Shown: one piece after another, positions 52,749 through 64,000 of the stretch | Layout of the letters: each line of letters starts with the position of its first letter | How positions within the stretch are numbered: the stretch's first letter is position 1 | DNA from: Octopus vulgaris | Lineage: Eukaryota | Length of the DNA stretch: 64,000 bases | NCBI GenBank assembly: GCA_951406725.2 | Contig: OX597824.1 | Coordinates: 30,380,001-30,444,000 of the forward strand | Direction: 5' to 3' | Made by a program: the position numbers and the translations under genes | The notes under the pieces: generated by a model | The model's database searches: none | What the model was told of the DNA's origin: nothing | Seen by the model: only the letters and a program-made list of their open reading frames with translations

Positions 52749-53182
52749 TTCTATATTTAAGAGATGAGGAATTATGTACATTATTTACATTCAACGGATA
52801 TTTGTCCTCATCTTGTTTGTTGTTAACACAATGTTTTGGCTGGTATACCCTCCAGCCTTCTTCAAGTGTCTTGGGGAAATTTCGAACCAGGGTTCTCATT
52901 CCTAAGGTATTTTTCAAAATTATTATTATTATTATTATTACTATTATTGTTCACTGTGGTTAAGAGCACGGGCTACTAAACCCAAGATTCCAAGTTTGAT
53001 TCCAAGCAGTGACCTGAACAATAACAATAATAATAATAACATCAAAAAATACCTTAGGAATGAGAACCCAGGTTCGAAATTTCCCCAAGACACCTGAAGA
53101 AGGCTGGAGGGTATATCAGCTGAAATGTTGTTTTAACAACAAACAAGATGAGGACAAATATCCGTTGAATGTAAATAATGTA
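52749..53182. mobile_element. Head-to-head inverted element: tRNA-like head plus Penelope-type hammerhead-like motif, nested in an older SINE
   Basis: Arms about 52777-52953 and 53015-53182 are reverse complements; spacer has A-box/B-box-like sequences; CTGAAGA-stem-GAAA core at 53094-53125. Confidence 0.75.
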
Positions 53183-54695
53183 AAAAAACCAGCACTTGTA
53201 CAAAGTGATGCATAGTGGTACTGAACCCAATACTTCGAAGAAAATTCTTAATCACAAGCCAGTAATCAAGAAATAAACAAACAAATGAATAATTACTTTC
53301 TACACGGCTGGCTATCATCCCATATAACATTAAGAGGCAATCATTCAGTTAACTGAACACCCACTCTTACTGACTCATGGTCGCAGCAGCATACACCAGT
53401 CAGTTATTAGCAGCCCAAGAGTAACTATAATTTTATGTAATATTTTCTTCTTATAATCGTCTTTGCTATCTTCGTTTCTCACTTCAGTTAGTTTATTTCT
53501 CTAAAATTAGTTGGCCAAAAGTATATCCTAATATTTCGTTCAGTTAATGATTAATTTATAGGTATCTGAAATGTTATCATATAACTTACCTGCATTTAAG
53601 CATTTTTTTTTTTTTTTTTTCAGAATTGTTTCCTCTAAACATCAAAATCTACCTAACTGTTTTAATTCCTGTTATAAACAAATTAACATAAATCAATCTG
53701 GTGAATTTTGTTACTTTTTTTTCATTTTATCTTCCTTTTTTTTTTTTTTTTTACAGTGCAGTTAACAGATATGATGAAAATGTTCCATCACCACTGACTG
53801 TTGACTGATATAGTGTGCCTGCTGCTCGCTGACTCATTCTCAGCTCTTCTCAACAGGCTATTGTTATTGTGAAGTCAACAGTTACTGAATAACTTGACCC
53901 GCACTTATGAATGACTTTCCATCTGATATAGGCTTGCATTATCTTCTCCAAATTTCTATGGCCAGAATACATGGACAGAATTAGATATATTTTCAGAGAA
54001 TTGTGCATAACTGGTTTTCACTGCATTTATTTATAATTAGACTTTTAATTGCACCAGAGTCATATTGTCAGAACAAGCGTTAGAAATTGAAAACTAAATA
54101 ACTTCTGGTTTCTGTATTTACAATTGTTTGGTAAAATGTTTTCATCATTCCCATTAATCAAAATTTATTAATTTTGGATTTTATGACTCTTGTATAATAA
54201 AGAACACATTACATACATACTCTGGACACAGGGTATGTATTTGGTTATTGTTGGATGAGTTAGCATGGCATACATAGAGAAATGGTTAAAATATAACACA
54301 CAGAGCCTTCTGCTTTTACTAGTTACTACATACTTGCTAATTATATAGCTAAACAGAAACTACATGGAGTTGGGAAGTAATCAAACAGCTGACTAACAAC
54401 ACGAATCCTAATTAAAGAGCTGTGCTACCTTTATAAATGACAAAAGCATCATAATAGTTTGGCTTCATTTATCATGACTGTCTTTGTTGTTTTTGTTTAG
54501 TGCACAGGTCTACCCTGATTGAGCAGACCTACAATCAAAAACATTCCAACCATGACTAATCAGTCTCTTTTTTTTTTTTCCTAGACATAGTGTACTGCAG
54601 GCTACTTATTCAATGTACTTCCACCACTTACCCCATCTTTAAATTAGTATGCTGCAAAATGAAGAAAATAAAGTAGACTGAGTAACCAGCAGGAC

Positions 54696-54960
54696 CAGCA
54701 GTTCTCAAACATATTTTTACCCATGGACCCCTCTCTGATACCTGTTTTGCTTGGTTGGACCTTTATTTCTTATACATCATTTGATGGATAAAAAATCCTA
54801 TTTTACTTTTAGAATTAAATAATATTAGGAATTGTATAACAAAAAATTGTTAAAATATTTTGTATATTGAAGAAGTATAACTAGTTTATTGCACAAATTT
54901 TAGCAACAAAATCTTATATGGATCCCCAAGGGTCATATAGACCCTGGTGGAGAACCAATG
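54696..54960. mobile_element. hAT (Charlie/MER5-like) MITE
   Basis: Termini cagcagttctcaaac / gtggagaaccaatg resemble CAGTGGTTCTCAA TIRs; degenerate 8-bp flanks agcaggac / agctagat (5 of 8 match). Confidence 0.6.
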
Positions 54961-55715
54961 AGCTAGATGCTCTCACTAAATTGTTTCATTCATCAAATTT
55001 CTAGCAGGGGTTATGCTATCACCATAGGCAAAATGCATAACAATGTTTATATAAGGTTAACTGCCCTTAATTAAAAAAAAAAATCAGAATGTCATGCAAG
55101 CACATCAATATCAAGGTTTAATTATTTATTAATTACAATATCTAATTGTATTAAAACTCTAGCTCCAACTGCTGCAACCTGTGTATCAACTCTGGGAAGA
55201 GTAAGCAAGAATGAAAAGTTGTTAGTGCTTATTAATATGGTTAATCCCCCAAAATACCATCCTTTGCCAGGGGGGTTTCTTGGAGGTGGAGTAAGACTCT
55301 TGCAGAGTAGAGACAAAGTGGAATGTAAAGGGTTTTCATTTCAAACAGAAATAGGATTTAATTCACTCTCTATATAAATATACTTCTAACTTTGCTCTAC
55401 TTCAACTTAATAGGGTTCCATCAGCTCTGGCTCAGTCAACAACATATCTCTATATAGCTTTCTCTCTTTACAGAATCTTCAGGCAGAAACAGAGTATGTG
55501 CATGTGTACATGTGCACACATACACACACACACACTTCCTCAGACTATTTTTATAACAACCAAAAATCTCCTGTTATCAGCCCCTCTCACCCAATAAGTA
55601 TCTAGAATAAATCATCCTGTTGGTGTTAATTTGGCAATTAGGAAGTGATAAAAATTACACAATATACCATAAAGCATATGTTTAATCATTTCTATGTAAG
55701 AACATATTGCACAAA

Positions 55716-55717
<2 letters not shown>

Positions 55718-55778
<61 letters not shown>
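55718..55778. repeat. (TG)n microsatellite, representative of many (CA/TG)n and (TA)n tracts (e.g. 12615-12685, 18290-18345, 39556-39597, 59840-59905)
   Basis: Directly visible dinucleotide repeats. Confidence 0.95.
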
Positions 55779-55838
55779 CACAAGCATGCATGGTTGTGTG
55801 TACTTCAGTTTAATATAAGAAGAATGCAATCTGCTTAC

Positions 55839-55904
55839 CTGGTCTTTCATTTTGAAGTTTTTGTAATTGCAAAGGACTCAATGACAACTTCAATCTTATC
55901 TGAT
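55839..55904 (-). CDS. RIPOR: Probable upstream RIPOR exon, 66 nt, phase 1-1 (xQIRLKLSLSPLQLQKLQNERP)
   Basis: Acceptor ..ttttcag and donor CAG|GTAAGC. The one open frame ends in phase 1 and joins the 49642 exon in frame (g+ag = Glu). No homology support, so it could be 5'UTR. Confidence 0.55.
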
Positions 55905-58900
55905 CTGAAAATTAAATGCAAATAAATTTTTTTTTTAAATGTTAATTTAAAATATCATCACTGAAGATGGTGATCTATTTCAAAGTAAAAATCTACAAGA
56001 TATAAGCTTTTACACACACACACACACACATTTGAAAAGTAACTACACATACTATAACAAAAATAAGATCAGCACTATTAAACTAGAAATACAAAAATAT
56101 GCCATTTAAGACTTAAAACATTAATAACAGTATCATTACCATCACTACCACGATTAGTAACATTATTATCTTCCTTATCAACAAACAGTTCATAAGCTAA
56201 TGAGGGAGCAGTTACATAGTGGCCAAACCTGATTACTGGAGCAGCTAAAGCTCTCATGACTCACTTCATGCTATTTAAATGAGAATGCCATGACTTAAAT
56301 TCAAAATCTAAACACACAATTTATGACTGTTGTAAGTAGAGTCAGTTATTTGATCAGAAGTATCCATCAATGAGTGATCTGTTCTATTTACGTCAGCAGA
56401 TAAAGTAATGGAATTTGTAATATTTATTAATTTCCCAAGGGTATTATCAATCTAAGGGAATTAAGCTAAAACAATCCAGGGGCCATAAACTTGGTACACT
56501 CTAGAACACATCTAGAGTATACAACAATGGAAAGGACAAAATTTCAATTTAGAGAGGATGATATAAAAAATATAAACTAGCATTTTCCAGTACTTATAAT
56601 TTTATACTATATGTATTGATGGCTTGATTATTTTATGACTAACAGGAAAACAAAAGTAAGGAATAAAAAAGAAAATGAGCACAATCAGAATTATTATCAG
56701 GATTAGTTATTTCCAAAGGCAAAGACTCCTGTTAGCAAATATTTTGTGATCATGACGTGTTACTTTTTATATGGTTTTTCAAATTCCTTAACTGAAGTTA
56801 AAAACGAAGAAACAAAATTCGTTGTAATTCCAGAAAGAGACACAAACACAAGAGGTAACAGTGAACAAAAAAAAGAAGGGAAGAAATAGTGAAAGAGTAA
56901 AAAAGGGGAAATAGAGTGTGAGAAAGAAGAATAAGAGGGGCAAAAGACATTGAGACAGGGAAGAATAAGAGATAGTGAAACAAGGAAAGACACAGAAAAC
57001 AAGACAGAGAGACAGAAGAGTGTATAGAAGCAAGAAGTGTCATTCATTTCCAATATTCTTCAAAAACATGTCTGGCCATAGAGAAATATTATTTTACATG
57101 GATACAGGTGATGGCTGGCAACAGGAGGGCATCCAATCATAGAAAATCTACCTCAATAAACTCCACTTGACTTATGCACGCATGGAAAAGTGGACAATAA
57201 AACAATGATGATGATGATGAAAACATACATTAAAAAATAATTTCCTTCCTTTGAGAATTCAGGTGCAAATCTTTGGAATGATTTCTTTCCTTATTACATA
57301 TGTAGCTTCAAGAGCAAAAAGGTACAAGTTTACAATGTGTTATAACGCAATTACTCACTACATGAGGACTCAGCAAAGAGCTTCAATGTAGTTGTTGAAG
57401 TGGCTCAACTATCCTATTCTTGGTTCTTGTATGCTATATTCTTGGTAAATAAATTCTGTAAATTTTCTCTTAACATTTGACTGCAACTAACTTTAATCTG
57501 AAAGGATGTTAAAACTAGTTTTTTTTTTTGTTTTTTTTCTTCTTTCAAATATGAAGATGTTCTAAGAAAGACACGTTAGCCATCTGGCCCAACCAACTTT
57601 TTTGTTTTATTTTATTCACAACTTTTACCATGAAGTTTCAGAGTGTTCTGGGGCTTATTCAAATGTTTAATGATGAGTTCTTAAATAACATCCACTACTC
57701 CCTCCTACAAAAGACACCAATTTAAAATCATTATTATTACTAGCATGCACAAAATGCATTTACCAAGTAGATTCCCAACAACCACCATCACTATTGCTAA
57801 AGTAATGAGCTATATACACAATAGTAACTATTAAAGTTAGTTTGATTGAGGGCTCAGTGTCTTTTTTATCAGAAACACAGTACTAGTGCCAATAAACATC
57901 AATCAGTTATATCTTTCATTTAAAAATGGAGCAGTTATTAAACAGCAAGTGGGGCAAATATTTTCAATATTCTTTTTATTATTGATGATGATAATTTAAA
58001 CTAAAATATTTTGAGTTCAGGATATGGACAAATATAAGTGTTATACACTTGATGTTTCAAAAGGTTTTCAGGCACTTGAAGTGCTAATTGTGTGTCTTCA
58101 ACTAAGATCTTCTGATGAGAATGAGAAACATAGAAAAAAGTGTTGTTGTTGTTGTTGTTTGGGTTTGAAGCACCAACACAAACAACAACACTTCCTCTCT
58201 CATCACTGTCAGATGAAGGGCCTCAAACACTAGTTTCACAGTCATCATAGCAAATGAATTTATTGAAATCTATCTATTTATCCAGCTGATTAGCTATTAC
58301 TGATGCAGATCATCACTAGTTTCCTCAGATTCTAGAGTTTACCCATACTCACAAAAACTCTCTGACTCATCATTTGTTAAACTACCTAAGTTTGTTTCAT
58401 GAAAACCTATGCTGCAACAATCAACTTATGATATCACAAATATTTATGAAAGAGTCCTCATCATCATCGATTAATGTCAATTTTCTATGCTGGCATGGGT
58501 TGGACAGTTTGACAGGAGCTGGCCAGCATTTGTCTCTTTTGGCATGGTTTCTATAGATGGATGGCCCTTCTAATTATTACTATTATTGAGTGAGAGAGCG
58601 GTGCATGCCATCAAAGTGCCACTGGGGTACAAATATATGAAGCCCAATATGCTCATCATGACTACCCATATGATAAGGGTACACCAGACACATACATCAC
58701 AACTAGATGTGCACGACATAGTGATCTTATATCAAGATAAACAGTACATGACCTTGCAGGTGGGACCTAGTTAGATTTATTATTATCATTATTATTAGTC
58801 AATTCATTAACATTTAACCAATAAATTAATTGACTGTTTGGTTAATTACATGGCCAATTTATCTATCAGCTAGGTTTATCAAAATCCTTTCAATGCTCTC

Positions 58901-59862
58901 TCTGCTTCATGTTTGTCTTCCTGACAGATCAAGTTAACTGAGTGATTGACTGAACAAATGATGAAACAATTGATTAGTTAAGAAGTTAAATACTAACAAA
59001 TTGACTATTAGTAAGAAGTGAAATAGAATCAGCACATATGCTTGTTACTGTCACATAATGACCCTCCAAAGAAAATAATAAAGTGCTTTTAATTTTATAC
59101 AAAACTAATAAGGTTCTTAATTATGTAAAAAGAGAACTGCTCTTAGCAAGGTAAATATAATTCAAGCACCTTTCTTAGGAACACGATAATTTCAATAGAC
59201 TAAAAACTTACAAACCATTTTCTACCCTCAAGTGCAGCACTTTCTACTCCGAGTCATTCTTTCTGATGCACAAACATAAAAAATAGAGAACCTATACAGC
59301 AAGTATAGGTTGATACTTTCAACTTCCACTGACACATATAAATTGTTAGATAATATTGATTAGCTTGACATTGACTTTTAATGATTCCAAATTGATCTTT
59401 TTTTTCTGGTTTAGTGTAGTAAACTTATTTAGGATATTTGTCATATTATCATCAAAATTGCTGAGATCTCAATTTCACAATCAATCTTTAATTTTAGAGA
59501 TAATGGTTATTGCTATAGTTTACTATTTATTTCATAAAAATTGGAAGGGTTTTTTTTAATATCTCTAAAATCATTTTTGTTATTATTTTTGTTTGTAGCC
59601 AGTCATAATAATATATCTCATTAGTTAGTCCACATTACACTCTCAGGAGCATAGGACCGGTTTCCCAGTTTCTCTAGCAAATATATATAATGGGGTGCCA
59701 GTCAGTCGAAGGATTACTCACTTTTACCAGCTGAGTGAAGTGGAACAATGTAAAACGAAGTGATTTGCTCAAGAACATAATGCATAATTGAAACCATGAT
59801 ATTACAATCTCACATCCTAATCACTAAACCATGCACCTTTACTAATATTATATTATATTATA

Positions 59863-59909
<47 letters not shown>

Positions 59910-62299
59910 TATTAGTGGAAGATAATTTATATTACAGTATTTTCCACAAAGTCTACAAATGATTGCACATTTCAGCTTTGTTGTGCATCCTTTTGTAGCT
60001 GATAAAATAAGCACCAGTTAAGAATTAAGCACCTTAAAGGTGGTGCCCTACTATAGCCACAGACTAATTGCTGAACCCAGAAAAAGTAAAGGATTATCAT
60101 ATTTAATATGTACCTGCATTGATGTATTATTTATAAAATGGTATCTTATCTAAATTAGTAAAGATGTGTTTGAATGAGCAGAAGGGATAATTATCAAAAT
60201 GTGAGCAGATTCATATGATTGACTTACATAAGTATTTAAAAATGCAGAATATACAAACATAATGAAAGTTGTGAACGACAATATAACAGACAAAATAATG
60301 GTGATGTTATGTTAACTACACAGCATAAGTAAAGAACTATTATTGCCTTAAAAAGACAGAGAAATGGTAATATATTTGAAAGCAAACAATCTTTGCATGC
60401 TTGCTATTACATAAGATTCTAGATTGATAGAAGACAAAATAAATTTTTGCAAGATTCAAATTCAAAGATTGTTAATCAATCTTTTCACCAATTATCTGAT
60501 TCCATCATGTATTTGTACACAAGTTTTTTTTATTTATTTATTCATTTATTTTTCATTTTATTTTTTATACAGTTATTTCCACAACTCAAGAGAAAAATAC
60601 AAAATAAAGATGACTGCAGTGATAGAGAAAGTTAATGTAAACTAATTAGGCATATTGAATGAAAAACTACCATAAATTACTGGTGGAGAAGACACCAAGT
60701 AGAGGAAATCAAATAAAACTTTTGGCCTCATAAACAAAATATTTAGAAATAAAACACTGGAAAGTTACTGTATGCCACACACTTCAGAAAACAGCAGTTA
60801 GTGATTTCTAACTATGGTCTGTCAATTATCTAGAGAAATAGTGGCTGACTCTCAATTTACTGAAGGCATGCCTAGCTTCTTCCCTACATCTACTAACAAA
60901 TCAGATGTCATCATCCTCATTATCATTTTAAATGTCCACTTTTCCATGTCCACATAGATCAAACAGAATCTGTAGAGGTGGATTTTCCATGAGGAGATGC
61001 CTTCTTATCACTAACTCTCAACTGTTTGCAAGTAAGGTAATATTTCCCCATGACCAGACATGTTTTTAAGGAAGGCTGGAAATGAAGAACACAGCTTGCA
61101 TGACAGTGGCACTCATTTACAACAATCACAGAAAGTCAAGGCAAGGAGACAATAAAACGTATACATGCATATATACGATGGGTTCTTTCTGCCTTTCTGT
61201 TTACCAAAAACACTCACAAGGCTTTGGTTAGCCGAAGGCTGTAGTAGAAGACACTTGCACAAAGTGCCACATAGTCAAGTCTTGTTAAAAATCAAGAGAT
61301 ACTAAGAATTCTGTACTTACTCAATACATATGCACTCATTATCTATCCAAACAAACAAAATTTTCATTTACAGACATACGCATTCATACCAACACTACAA
61401 AATTTCAAGTAGTTTCACAAACAAGGCAATATTGTATTTTTGCTTTTTCTCTTTCTTTTGTAATTCCCCCCTCCCCCCACACACACATTCAACAAACTAT
61501 TTTTAACAATGTTTACTTTGGAAGAGATAATGTGATAAGTGGAGGAAACACAATTTCAGTGTATTCTTCAGTTGGAAAAACCAATGACAGTTAAGATTAA
61601 CAATGAGAATATTGTTAAAACTCATCATTGTTTTGTGACTGAAGCATTAATTTTTCAATGATACCTTTCCATGTAAATTGTAACAAAACATACATGTAGG
61701 AAACTCCTTTACAAATATCTGTGAGCCAATATCAAGTTAATAGCTGGGTGATACAATTTGTGCATATGAGAAAGAGATAGTGTTTACATTCTGCTTTTCA
61801 CACAAATAAGTGCTGAGCAGTGGATGTTTGTTGACAACAAATTACCCCCTGAGGGTCAGCACTTTCAAAGACAAGTGGAATGAAGACCCATCTCACCCTT
61901 TACTTGAAAAATAAGGGTTGGTGACACGAAAGGAATCCAACACTGCTTCAATAACATATTTCAACTAATCAGCATTATTATGAAAAAGCTGACACAAATG
62001 AATGAGAACATACACATGTGACAGCCTCTCTTTCTTTGAGTTGAAGTATTTTTCAGAATTAAAACTAGCCACTAACAAAGTATTTTTTTTAACCTAGTAT
62101 CAAGACAGTTCAAGGGGTTTATGAATTATTGGTGAATTATTGGGTGAATTTGCTTATGTATGTGCATATCTGGTTATACTTACAGACATGCAATGATGTG
62201 AGGGTTGTTTTGCAAAAACATTTGCTCGTATGATTACTATTTATGTTTGTATGCTATATGTTCACATGATTGTATGTGTTCACTCCAGGAAACCCAAAA

Positions 62300-64000
62300 G
62301 GAGAATCGTTCCTTGAATGTTTTAGAAATTACATTGTACTACTTGTGAAGTGGATCTGATCAGTTTACTTTGCCCTTTCTTTGAAAATCCAAGCGTTTCC
62401 AAGTTTTTATACAAATCAGTTATTACACAGCTCAGTGCACCATTGATAGCTATAAATGAAGATCTATAGCAAAGGATTCTGGTTACTTATCAGTTCAGAG
62501 TAGTTATTCTCTTTTACCCCAATTTTAGATGAGACATTCATATTCACTAGGCAGCTGGCCTCTACAATATCAGGTCTATTGCATTTGCATTAGATTGCAA
62601 TTTTTATTGAAATGTTCCACCAGTATTCCTTATTTTTAACAATGTGGAAATATTCAGATTCTGTATCTAGTGTACCTTTGCTATGCTTGTCAGGGTAATC
62701 CTTCCTGATGATAGCATTGTAATTGGATTTTGACAACAATGTCAAGTATTACAAGAAGGTAGTATTTTATGGATATTTTGGAACAGCTGATGATGATGTG
62801 GTTGGTACTTTTTTCTATGCCTTTATGGTGCAGTTAACATTTTCTGTCAAAGTGTGGTTTAGATTTAGAGTTATCTTCATCTCTCTTACTGAGAGATATT
62901 TAATAGTTATTTATTGTTCTGTAAAAACTAAGATTTATCCTTCATGGTAGGATGTGATATCTTGATTACATCTCACCAAGGATACATTTTTGCTACTCTT
63001 CCTGTCAATGATGTTGGTATCTTTTATCTATGTACCAAGGCAAAACTTTCTGCTAATATAATAAATGCTTCTCTTCCAAATTTCTGCTCAAGTTAATCCC
63101 ACTATCTTTTGTTCACAGGAATAGTGCTACACTTAGCACTGTGTTTAAAAGTGCATAGGAGTTTCTCACCCACTTTCTAGTTGTTATTATTTTCACTGTT
63201 CAGTAGATATGTTGTACTAATTTCTACCTTTACTGTTCAGTAAGTGTTCTCAAAGCCTATCTAAACTGTCTTTATTCTTCAGTCATCATAGATCCTGTCA
63301 GTGACACTGTCAATATGGAAGCTACAAGATATGGTTAATATTTTCCTTTTTATAGTCTTCGTGTCCTTGATGTAAATATTCTCTAGCATTCAGGCAAGTA
63401 GCCCAAATGTCAGCACTGGCACTGAATGAGCATGGGATATGGTCTTACAGAATGCGAATAGCTCTGATTCTCATATCTTTCTAAGTCTGTTGATGTTTTT
63501 TGTTGTTATTCTTGTTTTACTCACAGCACTAACACATGCAACATTCTTCTCAATTTGAAGATACTAATAGCATTCATAATTGACAATAGGATTGATAAAA
63601 TTCCATTGATATCTGTATTCCTTGTCTGGTCAACAATTTTTCCTCAATTAACTATGAAATATAAACACTTATCCTAATAAAATCTTATGAGAATGTTGTG
63701 ATAAAAACCAAATTTCTCTTGCTGTCAAAAATATTACTTGAAATATTACATCCTGTTGATGATTATGAACAAAAAAATTGTTGGAGACAATTCTTCTCTC
63801 CTCTACAAATCTGAACATGCAGCTTTTGCATTTCTGCAACAAGGTTGACAAGAGATTCACTGTCAAGATGAAAACTATTACAGATGAGCTGTCACCTTGT
63901 TGATAATCCCAATTTTGTTTGTGACTATAGTAGTATCTTCAGTTCTTATTAATAACTGTGTGGACCATGTTGTTGTCTTTTAAAGGTATCAACTCTAACA
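62300..64000 (-). mobile_element. Decayed non-LTR retrotransposon with RT, CCHC-type finger and restriction-like endonuclease (R4/Dong-like RLE group); 5' part off-window
   Basis: Minus-strand fragments in the expected order: QQGDSSSVIVFILTVN (63891-63899, RT QGDSLS), NNFFVHNH (HxFxDD remnant), FHIDSVTDRIY, DRKC*LHHKGIEKSTNHIIISC (finger), YWWNISIKIAI*CKCNRPDIV (PD motif, about 62565), FIAINGALSCVITDLYKNLETLGF. Many stops and frameshifts. Confidence 0.8.

Noticed and set aside
58112-58135. CTGATGA..GAAA hammerhead-like words
   Set aside because: Neither stem II nor stem I can form; likely chance in AT-rich DNA.

Overview
AT-rich, CpG-poor animal genomic DNA full of (CA)n/(TA)n microsatellites and tRNA-derived SINEs. 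The repeat landscape suggests a cephalopod, probably Octopus (inference, not checked). The window holds most of one large minus-strand gene of the RIPOR/FAM65 family (Rho family-interacting cell polarization regulator). I traced 17 confident coding exons by hand from 49642 down to 431 (2646 nt, 882 codons, all splice phases consistent) plus one probable upstream exon at 55839-55904. The 3' end runs off the left edge and the start codon is not established. The gene includes a 24-nt micro-exon and a GC-AG intron. Introns carry decayed mariner, Tigger/pogo, RTE, CR1/Jockey-type and RLE-type (R4/Dong-like) elements, a Helitron, a Helentron/DINE-1-like element and MITEs. Most notable observations: (i) a head-to-head inverted element joining a tRNA-like Pol III head to a Penelope-type minimal hammerhead-ribozyme motif (52749-53182), with a second hammerhead-like module at 37316; (ii) an intronic segment (26111-26210) resembling a duplicated, possibly mutually exclusive copy of a RIPOR exon; (iii) a 127-bp-arm hairpin beside a coding exon. 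All alignments and counts were done by eye.
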